A program made the translations under genes and the position numbers. 64,000 nt of DNA, from contig NW_002060953.1 of assembly GCF_000150275.1 (NCBI RefSeq), forward strand, positions 290,286 through 354,285, given 5' to 3'. Positions within the stretch are counted from its first letter, which is position 1. Each line of letters starts with the position of its first letter. This document shows positions 28,001 through 39,800 of this stretch, piece after piece. The notes below the pieces were generated by a model. It was not told the origin of the DNA. It did no database searches and worked only from the letters and a program-made list of their open reading frames with translations. Source of the DNA: Trichoplax adhaerens (Eukaryota > Animalia > Placozoa).

Positions 28001-29592
28001 TCGGCTGTTGTCATTTTATTGTACAGTACTGAGTAACACTTGCTTTATATTATCTAAAATTATTCTTAGATAGGAGTCTAATCAAGAATAACGCAACAAT
28101 GTTATCGAATATATTCCACATTTCCAGTTTAAATATCGATTCGAGCCTTATGCATCCAATCCGAGTACGTCGCAATGATGTCATTGTTGATTGGCTAGTC
28201 AATATGTTCAAACGGTTTGATGCTAATTATAATTATTACGAGCGGGATTAACTCTGTGATGAGCATGATTCGAGAACTTACAATCATTTTAAAAAATCGA
28301 TCAATGCCTAACAAAAGTCACAACCAAGATGATAGAGTAATAGACGGATAATTGAATGGAGCATAAAGTAAAATAGTCTCTCCCAAATTGAAGCTTCAAA
28401 GTCAATTCATGTACAGCTTGGAAAGTGGAGACGGTGAAAAAAAGGAAAGATACAATGATAACAAAATCTGTTATTTGCCTAACTGCAAAAAATACAAATG
28501 AACAGAAGTAGGGTGTATCAATCTTAGGTAGATAGATAGGAATGATTGTCTTGTATTTCAAGAAAAAGATGTGTAACCTAAAGGGGAAATACGAGTATTA
28601 CTGAATTGTCGTCAAATTCGTTATCAAGATGATCCTATTTGTCCTTTAGAAAGACAAGGTAGAAAGTGATGGAAAAGCAGCATAGTGACTCTATTACGAG
28701 TATTGATTGTACTCTATTTTAAGAAAGCTTGTCATCGACATGATCGTATCGATATTTTTGTAAACTCTCGTCATTTCTTCCTATTTTTTATAGTGTATAC
28801 TGTATTATTTTCTCCCGATGTCAGCATAAAAACTAGGCCGAGATTGTAATAAAGTTATTGAAAAGTATTTCTATCTCTACTTGAAGCCATTCCATCATTG
28901 ATGACATACTACCCCTGTCCATGACTAGAGTAAACTTTGTCCAACGAGTCTCGATTTATTGCAACCAATGGTTAATCAATACGATTTGAAGTAGACTAGC
29001 GTAGGCCATCCTAAAGGCAATGTCAATGAAAGCTAAGATAGTAAAATCAATGTATGCGTATAAGAAAAAGCCCATGCCAAGATGGCAGCCATAATGCAAA
29101 TATGACATTGGTTAGCCATCATCATCACGTTAATGTCGGTGATTACGAGAGCCTTTGCACCCGATCAAAGGAGCAAGTTGATGCAAGAAGAATGCATGAT
29201 CCAGTATTGAAAAGTTTGAGAAATGGATCAAGATGAAAAAATACAATGAGAATGAGAGTGTATCATATCGAATAGTTAGGATTGCAAAGCGATAAAATAG
29301 AAGGCTAATTAAGTTAACAGGAAAGAAGTCATGATGATGATCCAGAATCGACTAGACCTCAACTATCCACTCGTCCTAGTCTACCACTACTCGTTTGCCG
29401 CGATGATGATTACACAGCTATCGTAGTTTACCGTTATTTCTCGTCATCAACTTACTTCACACCATCATCCACTCGCTTGACAGTTCTCTTATAATTGCCA
29501 ATATCCCAAAATGTACTTGCAGCATCTCGGATATTTTCTAAACTAGTATCGCGTCCTTTATTCGACGCGGCTTCCATGTTATAATTCGGCAT
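22019..29592 (-). CDS. PACSIN: PACSIN/syndapin (F-BAR + SH3), 5 coding exons
   Basis: Exons 29592-29456, 23798-23124, 22924-22804, 22569-22418 and 22256-22019 join in phase with GT-AG. [24 protein letters not shown] matches the PACSIN F-BAR N-terminus; GPEYGT; wedge loop HKSMMHYKET; WPEFEEY; SH3 VRALYEY...ELSF...GWIKG...VPANYVE*. Confidence 0.96.
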
Positions 29593-30875
29593 GTTGATTA
29601 GTCACACCCTACGCCACCTTGATTGCTCTACAACAACATTCAAAGGTAAATAATTTGTATGCGATTGGGGTAGCGCTCTTTAACTTAGTAGGTAGTTAGT
29701 TGCTGGCAAGTCTGATCGAGCTTGTACACTGTAAGGATCGAGTACCACCCTCGCCTTAGATCTAATCATGGTACTGCGAACAAGGATTACTAGAGATCAT
29801 TACGTCTTGATTGCGCACCGGTTTAGCCGGTCATTTCATGGCGCTTTTTGGATTTTTGGGAGGGGGATTTTCCATATTAAACCTCTAACTGGGTAGAATA
29901 GACTACAATGGAAGAGACTAATGGAATGCAATCTACTTGCTGGCCTTCCTCTCCATTTTATAGTACACTACAAAATCAATTTGCCAGCTCTTTTAGTCGA
30001 TAGTCTAGTGTAATAGGATGCTTGTGGACTACTACCTGCTACTGTAGAAATAACGAGGCTGACTAGATTGATGGCTATCCTTTTGCTGGTCATTTTTACC
30101 CAAATGTGCAAGTGCTTTCCGACATACTGTAGCAGTTACGCCTGTTGATGATCGGATTCAAATCGTCCTCTAGAGAATCGATTGGGGTCAAAATCGAAAC
30201 GTCAACAGCTACTACTAACGACTTGTAAGGGGAAATTAATACCTTTTTGCTATAGTCTGACATCGAGTTTAGTATAGATTGGATGTAGACTGACTTTTGG
30301 TGCAAAATGGACTTGCAAGAGACGTAACCTATGCCAGCAAGTGATGACAAAATAACTCCATCGACAGTGCTCATTTCGTGAACAGGTCTACAGCATGTCC
30401 ATTGCACAAAAGATCACACTGTACAGTTGGCCGAAGAGACCCTACACTACGCACAGTACGTAGTATACTGTTGGAAGGAATAAAACTTGCAAATCAGCTC
30501 CAAGTTTAAATGATCGCTTATGGAATCAAAATAGCTTGATCATGGCACTGAGTAAAGTGGTGCTCTCCTCAGCACTCTTTCAAACAATACTGTACGAGCA
30601 TGGACTTCTGAGACAAATAAAGTAGTTGTATGACAAGTCCCTGGTACGGGATGATTGATTGAGTTATTAGAAATGAAAATAAATCATGATCCTAATAGTA
30701 TCGAGCGTCTTTCTCTGCTTCAAGTCAATTATTAGTGGCTATGACAGTGATTGTCCTAGTTCTTATCCCTGCTATGGATTTCACTATCATGGGTTTCAAA
30801 ACTTGAACTCTAAAAACCGTCGAAAAATCGAAAAGTAGTTCATGGAGATCCTTACTATAGAGGACTATCCGGCGG

Positions 30876-31091
30876 GTACGGTACAGTACGGTTCGGTACA
30901 GTTATAGTAGTACCGAGACCTAGAACGGTTCGGTTCGGTTCGGTTCGGTTCAGTACCCTTAAGGGTTTGCGGTGTACAGTACTGTACAGTACTGTACACT
31001 GTACAGTGTACAGTGTGCACTGTCCAGCTGTCTGATTACAGTGTACAGTACTCTATTACACAGTGTACAGTGTACCATAGTACTGTACTGC
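30876..31091. promoter_or_regulatory. Pentamer array (CGGTA, GGTTC, CAGTA/TACTG) in the PACSIN-RPS10 divergent upstream region
   Basis: (GGTTC)x5 near 30927-30951, then a perfect 28-bp palindrome GTGTACAGTACTGTACAGTACTGTACAC at 30972-30999 and more TACAGT copies to ~31090, ending ~45 bp before the RPS10 pyrimidine-tract start. Confidence 0.6.
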
Positions 31092-31132
31092 AAATGGTCC
31101 TGCATGGCTGTACACATGCGCATCAAAATTAA

Positions 31133-31169
31133 CTTCTCTCCCTTTTTACTCGTGGTGGAGAAGAAGACG
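31133..31169 (+). promoter_or_regulatory. RPS10 non-coding first exon with 5'-TOP/TCT-like pyrimidine tract
   Basis: CTTCTCTCCCTTTTTACTC followed by donor ACG|GTAAGT at 31170. The acceptor at 31666-31667 lies 10 nt before the ATG. Confidence 0.7.
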
Positions 31170-31677
31170 GTAAGTGAACATGGCTGCGATCAACAGCATA
31201 ACTCGAATCGTGCTATAATGCTAACCATCCGTTGTCTTATTTGGATAATCAATGTAGAAAATAATAGTCTATTTATCACTACAACTAGTATATCCATTTT
31301 GTATTCGTTCTTACTTGTGATCGTTGAGAAATGAAGGATTGTAATAGCGATAGGAAGGATAACTGACTGATTCCTGTGTCATTAGGATAGTCCATGTTAC
31401 TTTTTGCCTTTGCCATTCTTAAATGCTCTTTATGTACGTGATATAGTACACTAATAGTCTTGCACAAGGAGCTGTGTTTCTTTAAGCTACTGTCTTAAAT
31501 GCTTCTTGGAGTTATTCGACAATCTGTGCCGATTGCTCACAGCAATCGGTTGTTCTACTATCGATATTTCCTACAAGTAGACAGTGTCGATCGATCTCGG
31601 TTAGACCTATGAGTGGTCTATTACAAGGACAGTATGGTGATTAATTGACCTCATTTTGCGTTGTTAGACGGTCTACC

Positions 31678-33451
31678 ATGTTGATCCCTAAGAAGAATTT
31701 GATCTTAGTTTACGAACGTTTGTTCAATGATGGCGTCATGGTCGCTAAAAAGGAGTTTAATGCCCCTAAACATCCTGAACTTGAAACTGTTCCTAACTTG
31801 CAAGTCATCAAAGCTTGTCAGGTAAGGTGATACGAATTAACGACGCAAATTGCAAAAGTGATCATGGACTTGCTAAATAAGTAAAGTTATTAAAGCTCAT
31901 GAGTAGTAGTTAGATATAATGTACGTTCAGTGCGTGCAACGTATAGGCTTATAGACGAAAAAATTAAACCTAATTTGGAACCCATTTTAGCAGTAATATT
32001 GATCAAAGCACAATTGTCCTTTAATACTGTGAGCGTTTTTCTACAGTTTACTTTCTGTCTAATGAGGCTAACAGTTGAACAATGTCTCAATGTTACTTCC
32101 ATCTAACGTTGAACATCTACAGTCTCTTTACAAGGATTCTTACTTATTCCATGGCAAGTCGAGTATTATTGATGCTTTGTAGTATGCAGTACATAGTGTA
32201 GCCATGTTTACCTTTGATCGATATGAAACTGCTAGATGGTGCAACAGAGTTACTATGCCGCGTCATTCGATAACCTGAATTTTTATTCAATCCTCTACAG
32301 TCATTAAAATCACGCGGCTATGTAAAAGAACAATTCGCTTGGAGACACTACTACTGGTCTTTAACCAACGAAGGGATTGACTTTTTGCGCAATTACTTGC
32401 ATTTGCCAGCTGAAATTGTACCTACTACATTGAAACGCCAGGCTAAACCTGAGCCACCTCGTCCTTCCAAAGGATTCTATAGAGGTAAATTATCTTTCAA
32501 AGCATCGATTAGTGTACCAAGTCACCTTGCTTGTTAGGATCAATTCGATTAGACGAATATGATCCGCTAGTTCTTTGTAATAGTTCACTAAGGTAATCAT
32601 GATGACTCTTTCCTGCTAATCTAGGTGACGATCGTCCTCGCCGTGATGACAGAGATAGATCAGATAGAGAAGGTTATAGAAGAGGTAAACACTACACACT
32701 AGTAGGAAAGGATGATACACACGTGTATGCTACTACAATCACAGATTTTAACTTTCTACGTTGTGAAGCAGAATCACTGCTCTTCAACCTCCATAATTTC
32801 TATAGACGACACAGGATAGAGTTGTCGCTCTTACGTTTGCTATAATGCAAGTCAACACTCTATCTTAGTAGACTGCTAATAAGCAGTCCATGATCTGGGT
32901 TAATTTTTTGCCTTGCAATAATAATCCCTGTAATACTCACCGCAGTGCCGATAATTACGTAGGCATTCGCGGTCCATTTGCTAGGGACAGTATCCGTCTC
33001 CTTTCATGTATTCATTCTGATTTGTAGGATGTTGATGGTGAATGCATTTCGTACACGAAATTATTAAAAACCAACTATTAAACAGTTGATCAACTTGCTA
33101 CATTATATTACTGTCGTGTTTTACCGTATTCTTAGATGATACGTGTTGATCAATCCTTGGAACTTGCAAATACATCTTTTATTATCGATTTAGACATCAG
33201 CTAATAGCGATTTATTACATTTTTTGATACAGATGGCGGTAAAAGAGTTGGAGCTGGTAGTAACTTTGAACCTCAATTCGTAAGTTCCGAACATGCATTT
33301 TCGATACTACCATTATTTTAATATTGATATGTACGCGTATAATAGTTAATTTTGTATTAAACTTTGGCATTTATTCCTGCCCTTTTTTTTTTATAAACAG
33401 CGCGGTGGTGCTGGCTTTGGTCGCGGTCGTGGATTCGGTTCTTCCAGTTAG
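31678..33451 (+). CDS. RPS10: 40S ribosomal protein S10 (eS10), 5 coding exons
   Basis: Exons 31678-31821, 32301-32484, 32625-32684, 33233-33279 and 33401-33451 join in phase. MLIPKKN...GVMVAKK...KHPEL...[37 protein letters not shown]...LHLPAEIVP...[20 protein letters not shown] at 33519-33524. Confidence 0.98.
32918..33060 (+). ncRNA. Candidate intronic H/ACA snoRNA in RPS10 intron
   Basis: Hairpin TCCCT...ACCGCAGTGCC / GGCATTCGCGGT...AGGGA (32925-32987) with a large internal loop, followed by ACAGTA (fits ANANNA and ACA). A second hairpin ATGTATTCATT / GGTGAATGCAT (33006-33047) is followed by ACA at 33053. Confidence 0.5.
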
Positions 33452-34627
33452 AAAGAATTAAACAATGACTAACCGTAACTGTATTTCTACTAAGATCGGT
33501 TGTGTATAATACGCTGTTAATAAAAGGAACTTGAAATCGTAGATAGTTTTGGCTTGCGTTTATTATTTGCTGTTGTGTGATATGCGCGTATATTAGTAGC
33601 AATAAGTAAGATAAAATATCATTAGAGAATTGACGGAATTTAATTTGCATTCTACTTAAAAAGAGGCCAAATTTTCAATTTTTGATCATAGGTTTAAGAT
33701 GATTTGGACCACATAATATTTTTATCTCGCATGACCGCTACGTGTGATTATAATTAATCAATAGTTATGAGTAGGAATCTTTTATAATGGGTAGCAATTA
33801 TACTTTTCATTTTAAGGGCGATTTTTAGCGTCCATTTTGCACCGTAAAGAAGGAAAATTATTTGCATTTGAGATGTAAATGTAGTAAATAAGGAAAAATA
33901 TTAATTTACAAATGTTCCATATCTTAAATCTGTACAAAGCATTCGTTATTCATCATCTACACGCGTACTGCACCGGTAATTAATTATATCTTTATAACAT
34001 AAAGCTTCAAGATGGTAGCAATTAGTAGAGTGTTTGATCGTGAATATTGTATACTTGTGATCTTTTTAGCAACCATACAGCATAGCAATCTATCAACGCG
34101 ATCCCTTCAGACATCTTCTAATAACAGCGTTAACAGCCACGCTCGCCTATATTATCGTAAACTGGAATACAATCTCAATCAAAGCAGAATCAATAAGCGG
34201 CATAGGAATGTGTCCATGTCGAAATTTTGTAGTTAGGATAGCTCTATCGTAACATGTAGTTTCAAGATGAACAGATAAAGGAAAATAACAGCATCTAACT
34301 ACAGTACTCGTACATGTTGAGATTACAAATTAAGTAAAGAGTTGAAATTAAAACCCCTTTTAATCTTGTAGTTCAAGAAGCATCGTGAAGAACCCACTAT
34401 GTAATAATTTCATTTTGCTATTTATTGGTGAACTTCGCTTGCAGGAAGAGTTCTCAATGGCATTGCCAAGCTTGCTATTACGCATTCCGATATCGCATTT
34501 GTAAGTATCTACATTATGATTATTATCTACTTGTACGAGTATTTATCCTCTTGCTCAAACGCGTCGAGACTCAAGACTGCAGAGTATTCCATGGATCAAT
34601 ACTGCAACAACACCTGTTTCATATTTT

Positions 34628-36479
34628 TTATGAGTCGTAATATCTTCGTTTCAAGGTGCGATATTTCTTCAGCATATACAATGCTTCAATTTCTTTGATT
34701 ACAAATTTACCACGATCAATCATCTTATGAATGGTTTCAGGGTCTTTAACCTCACGATTTTTCATAAATGCCCGTCTTAAACGCTCGCGAAAGTAGTCGT
34801 AACCTGCAGGATAATCACGTCCCAGATAAAGCATCTGTAAAAAATAAATAAAAATCGGAATAATATAGAAAGTCTCTTTGAAGAGGAATAAAAGGTTCAA
34901 TTATGGCGGATAGTCAAGCATTTACGTCCTAATTCAAGTGGATAAAATACCCAATGTACTCGAATGGACGTACCTCCATACGTAAGCCGTGCAATGGCAT
35001 ACTATACTCTTACTACATGCTATGAATACGAAATAGAATAGTAAATCGTGAAAACGTAGAGTAGTCAGATATTTATGCTCAATTTTTTAATCGTGTAGAA
35101 ATAGTCGATGTATTCGAACGTATTGAGGTCAATCGTAGCGTACGTACATGGCATACTATACTACGTTCTAGTACAGCAACTGCTTAAAGATATAAAATGA
35201 ATGCCTGAAGCTACAAGTAGTCAATAATATTATGCTTTACTTCTAATCGCGGAGCAATACCTGATGCATTCGAATATACGCCTACGAGTATATAGGTATA
35301 CTCTGCAATCGCATACTGTATTACATGCTATGAATACGAAATTAAAGGAATTGGTGTCTATAGTCAATGCTTCAAGCTGCAAGTAGTCAACAAATTATGT
35401 CTTACTTTCAATCGTGAAGAAATATCTGATGTATTAAAATATGCATATACGAGACTATACAATGACATACTGTATTACATGCTACGAATGCGAAATCGAA
35501 GGAATGGTTGGCTATCGCTCAATGCTTAAAGCTACAAGTAGCCAACAATTTATGCCCTATTTGTTAAATCGTGGAGAATTATTTAATGCATTCGAACGTA
35601 ACAGTGACATACTATCTATTTATTACATGTTAGTGCTACGAGTAGTCAACAATTTATGTCCTATATTTTCATCGTGAAGAAATACCTGATGCATCCGAAC
35701 TTCCGAACGTAACAGTGACATACTATCTATTACATGTTAGTCAATACTTAAGTTAAGACTACGAGTGGTCCTAGTTTTTCGTCGTGAAGAAATACCTGAT
35801 GCATTTGAACGTAAAAATGACATACTATCTATTCCATGTTAGTCAATGCTTAAGCTAAAGCTACGAGTAGTCCATAATTTACGTCCTGTATTTTCATCGT
35901 GAAGAAATGCCTGATGCATTTGAACGTAAAAATGATATACTATCTATTGCATGCTAGTCAATGCTTAAGTTAAAGCTACGGGTAGTCAACAATTTATATC
36001 CCATATTTATATCGTAGTCAACAATTTATATCCTATATTTACATCGTAGTAGCAATTTATATCCTATATTTACATCGTAGTCAACAATTTATATCCTATT
36101 TTTTCATCGTGAATAAATACCTGATGCATTCAAACATACATGTACATGAGTACACTATAGATTGATATACTGTATTACATGTTGTAAATATGATATTAAA
36201 AGCTATTGATAGTAAAGACTTAAAGCTACGAGTAGTCACAATTTATGCTTTATTTTTGAAAGGTAGTGGAGAAATACCAAATGCATTCGAGGGTAAGTGT
36301 CCCCTCTATACTATAAGTACAGGTAAACTATACGATAACATAATATACTACATGTTATGAATTCAAAATTGCAGCTTTAAAATGCTTAGTACCCTTGTCA
36401 AGAAAGTAATAGCTTAAGATTATGTTGTTATCCATACTTGCTTATATAAATTTCTGACTAGAGTTCTTGTTTCAGCCAT
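34628..36479 (-). CDS. LYRM5: LYR-motif protein 5 / ETF regulatory factor 1, 2 coding exons
   Basis: Exon 1 36479-36438 ([14 protein letters not shown], donor GTATGG) plus exon 2 34834-34628 ([26 protein letters not shown]...[26 protein letters not shown]), matching LYRM5/ETFRF1. Confidence 0.95.
34995..36370. repeat. Degenerate tandem repeat array (~110-180 bp units, nested ~30-bp units) filling the LYRM5 intron
   Basis: Recurring CATACT..TATTACATG, AAGCTAC(A/G)AGTAGTCAACAATTTATG and ATCGTGAAGAAATACCTGATGCATT(C/T)GAACGT. ATCGTAGTCAACAATTTATATCCTATATTTAC-type subunits at ~35980-36110. Confidence 0.9.
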
Positions 36480-36524
36480 CTTTGCTAACGGATTCAGATG
36501 GGCCAGTGCTTGACGGTCGCAAAG

Positions 36525-36803
36525 GTGCAGTACTACTGGAACAGGAGTCCAGGACTATACTAATAGCACCAGTCAATACAGTACTGACCATAGACCCGAA
36601 CCTTTCTCAGGTCCAACCTGATTGGGTACCCTCATGGTACAGTACTAACTTACTACAGTACTAGTCACGATGTACGCTGTACAGTCAATAACGGGCTGAT
36701 ATAGTACTTAGTATGTCATACTGTACCATAGCTCAGACAAACTTAATGTGGCCAAAATAATTCCATACCGTACACTGTACTGTACACTGTAGTGCGTGCA
36801 CTG
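36525..36803. promoter_or_regulatory. Bidirectional promoter region between LYRM5 and CASC1, rich in CAGTA/TACTG/GTAC
   Basis: The two start codons (36479 and 36862) are ~380 bp apart and point outward. Copies include TACAGTACTG, GTACAGTACT, CTACAGTACT, CTGTACAG and GTACACTGTACTGTACACTGTAG. Confidence 0.65.
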
Positions 36804-36861
36804 GCTAAGATAAATAACACTGCCTGGCGGTTACTTAGCAACAGTTGGAGAACGATGCAAA

Positions 36862-39800
36862 ATGGTGAGTGATCAAGTAGTCGACTTTGCAATGAACAAG
36901 ATTGATTTATCATCCTTAATTTCATGCTATTTATCATTGCTATGTTCAGTCAAATTCATCATTATTTCAGTTCAGCTTTGATGGATTGGAAAAGTTGATA
37001 ACCTTTGTTAGAATGGAGTAGAGATCGATTGAATAATCTCTTCCGTCTTGAGGAAGGATTGATAGATTAATTGCCCGTCGATAACATTGATCCATTGCTT
37101 AAGTAGGATAGAAATCAATAGAGTTTATAGTTATTCAGTCCTCTTAAATTGATTTCTAGATCGGTAAATCTACATCGTATGCTCCCATAGTGTTGGTAAT
37201 AACATTCATGATGGCATGACTATCATATGTTTCGCCTAGTTGAATAATATTCAATTCTTATTATAATCGATTCATACTGTCCTTGTATCATACTCATCTA
37301 AATGATGGTCAACAAGATACTCGGTTGATATCATGCATGAATTTTGAATCATCATTTATTTAATTGATAGCCTAGCTCAATTGGAAAAAGGGGCAAAGGC
37401 AAAGGTAAAGGCAAAGGCAAGAAAAAGCTATCTAAGAAAGAGCGAGAACGACTTCGTCAAGAGGAAGCCGAAAGGAGAGCAAGGGAAGAAGGTAAAATTT
37501 GTAATCATAACATCACCATCATCATCATCATCATAATATCCATCTAGCTATGCCATACACTGTATATAATATTGAAAAAGAATTGATGTATTTGCACTTA
37601 CATTACAAAAGTACGCAAAATTGTAAAGTAATTTAAAAGCTTTAATCCGCAATTCTAAAATTTTTCCGACGTTAGTGACCGATATCGATAAATGGCTATG
37701 AATACTTGAGCAGTATTGTAGCAACTCCGATATTGATTTCTAGTAAAGAGAGCTTGTAAATCCCTCATCGATCATGTAATAGTAACAGTTTTGCAACAAC
37801 TATAATCTATCAATAGAGGAGTTACGCCTAAGATTAGAACAGGAACAAAAGGAAAGGGAAGAAAAAGAACGACAAGAACGTATTGAAAGACAACGCTTGG
37901 AAGAAATCGTAAGAAAATTAGTATTACATTAGCAAGATGTTTTTATAAATATATTCCAAAATTAAGTAAGCGTAGTAAAAATTATAAAACTGAGTAATAG
38001 TCATTTTGGAGTAGCTTTCATCCAATGAATAATTTAATATCGTATTCGTATATTAGGAACGAGCCCAACATGAAGCTGAAATATCGGAATTAAATTCTAT
38101 CTTAAATGAGAATGAACGAGCACTAACAGAAGTTATCACAAAATGGAAACAACAAAAACAGGTAATCTACCAATATCATCTTTGCAATTTACGAATTATA
38201 CAGATGTAGACTACTTACCTTTTACTGCATGCCTTTTATGATTCTAATGCCTATTTTATTGCTTACTATTACAGTGGAATCGTTTCATGAGATGTGACGG
38301 CAGTCCGAATCCTTTCATTTCTTCCGAATTAAATACCTATATGAACCTATGGAGAGAAGATACCGCTATTAAATCCATTTCTGAGGTCCTAAACGAAATT
38401 ACTGATGGTGTAAATGTAAGTATGAGATCTTTTTTAAAGACGCCAATTTAACTTTAATCCATTTCCGTCAATTGCGTAATATAGTAAATATACAAGTCTA
38501 TCAATTATTTTTTTTCTAGCTTGTCGACGAATTAATTGAGGGTATGGATGAACTTTCGTTAAGTGAGGGTGATAATTCTACGGAAGTAAAAGAAGAACGA
38601 AATCGACAAGTACTGACGATATTATTATGATCTTCTTTTATATCTTCTTGCAATAAAATTTTATTTTGTAAACTACCTATCTAGGCATCTCTGCAATTAC
38701 AACAGTTAGTTTCAGATAAACTAGATGAAACCACGATGTATCAGCTAGCGGTAGGATCATGTGTGATATTGCATATAGATACTATGTCATATTATATAAT
38801 ATAAATTAGATTTTAACTTCCTGTCTATCACTCTTTTAGTTTGCACATGAGAATGCCGATCCTGACCAGCTTAATTTTAAACAGTCTGAATCAAGCCATC
38901 AAGCTACTATATGTTTATGGGCAAATCTTAGCAAAAATCCCAGGTAACCCTTGTAAATTACGGTATATCGTAAAATGCTCCTTTCAACAAGTTTGATGGA
39001 CGGACTTCAAAAAGATTTAATTATCTGTGACAATGAATTACTTTGCAGAGTCAAAGCATTAGATTTCGAAGAACGATCATTCTCTATCGAACTTCCAAGA
39101 TTAATTCTATTAGCCAATATTGGTATTCGTGTAATGTATACAAAATTTGATTATTTATCGCCGAAGTGTCGAACATTTAACCCTAAACCAAGACGAAAAA
39201 TTGTGGTATTAATAATTAATTTTACAGCTATCTCAATGTCATGGTTCAATACAATAAATAGCATCTATGTTTATCTAGAAAAAAGGCGAAGATAAGGATG
39301 AAAGCAATGAGAATGGCAATGAAGCAGAAGGCCAGATTCAGGATGATGAAAAAAGTGGAACCAATAACGAGGTAAAGCAGTTCATAGCAATTTCTCTATT
39401 ATTCTATAATGAAATACAAACTGCTACTTTCAAGTGGGTTCATCTAGCGTATTCTAAAGTAAACTATATTTACGTAATCCATAAATTGTACATGTATCAT
39501 TTTGATCTGTTTATGTAGCTAACAGAAGTAGAAAAGAAATTACCTAATGAATCGGAAAACGTTTCCAGTAGCGTGCAAATCCCTGCATTAGGTTCATTTG
39601 CAATAGATTTACTTTAAAACATCATCTTTTATCGTAAATAAAACATATAATGCTAACAAGAGATGTTCAATTTTATTAATATTAGATTTCGATCAACTAA
39701 CTGAGTCTGTTGAGAATGCTGAAAATAATGAAAACGTAGATGGAGAACACAACAAAGATATAGTAGCAGATGACGATGAAGAGAGTGTTTATGAAGAAAT

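Noticed and set aside
23800-29450. Short ORFs (60-115 aa) in PACSIN intron 1 as a nested gene
   Set aside because: No domain similarity and no consistent splice chain.
30972-31334. 120-aa ORF (YSTVQYCT...) and the similar 53502-53705 ORF
   Set aside because: Translations of the CAGTA arrays with non-ATG starts, overlapping promoter and UTR sequence.
31560-31620. U17/snR30 snoRNA suggested by ATATTTCCTAC
   Set aside because: Differs from the m1 motif ATATTCCTA, and no AAACCAT m2 motif follows.
35600-36120. CRISPR-like repeat-spacer appearance
   Set aside because: Eukaryotic intron; the intervening sequences are homologous to each other rather than unique spacers, and there are no cas genes.
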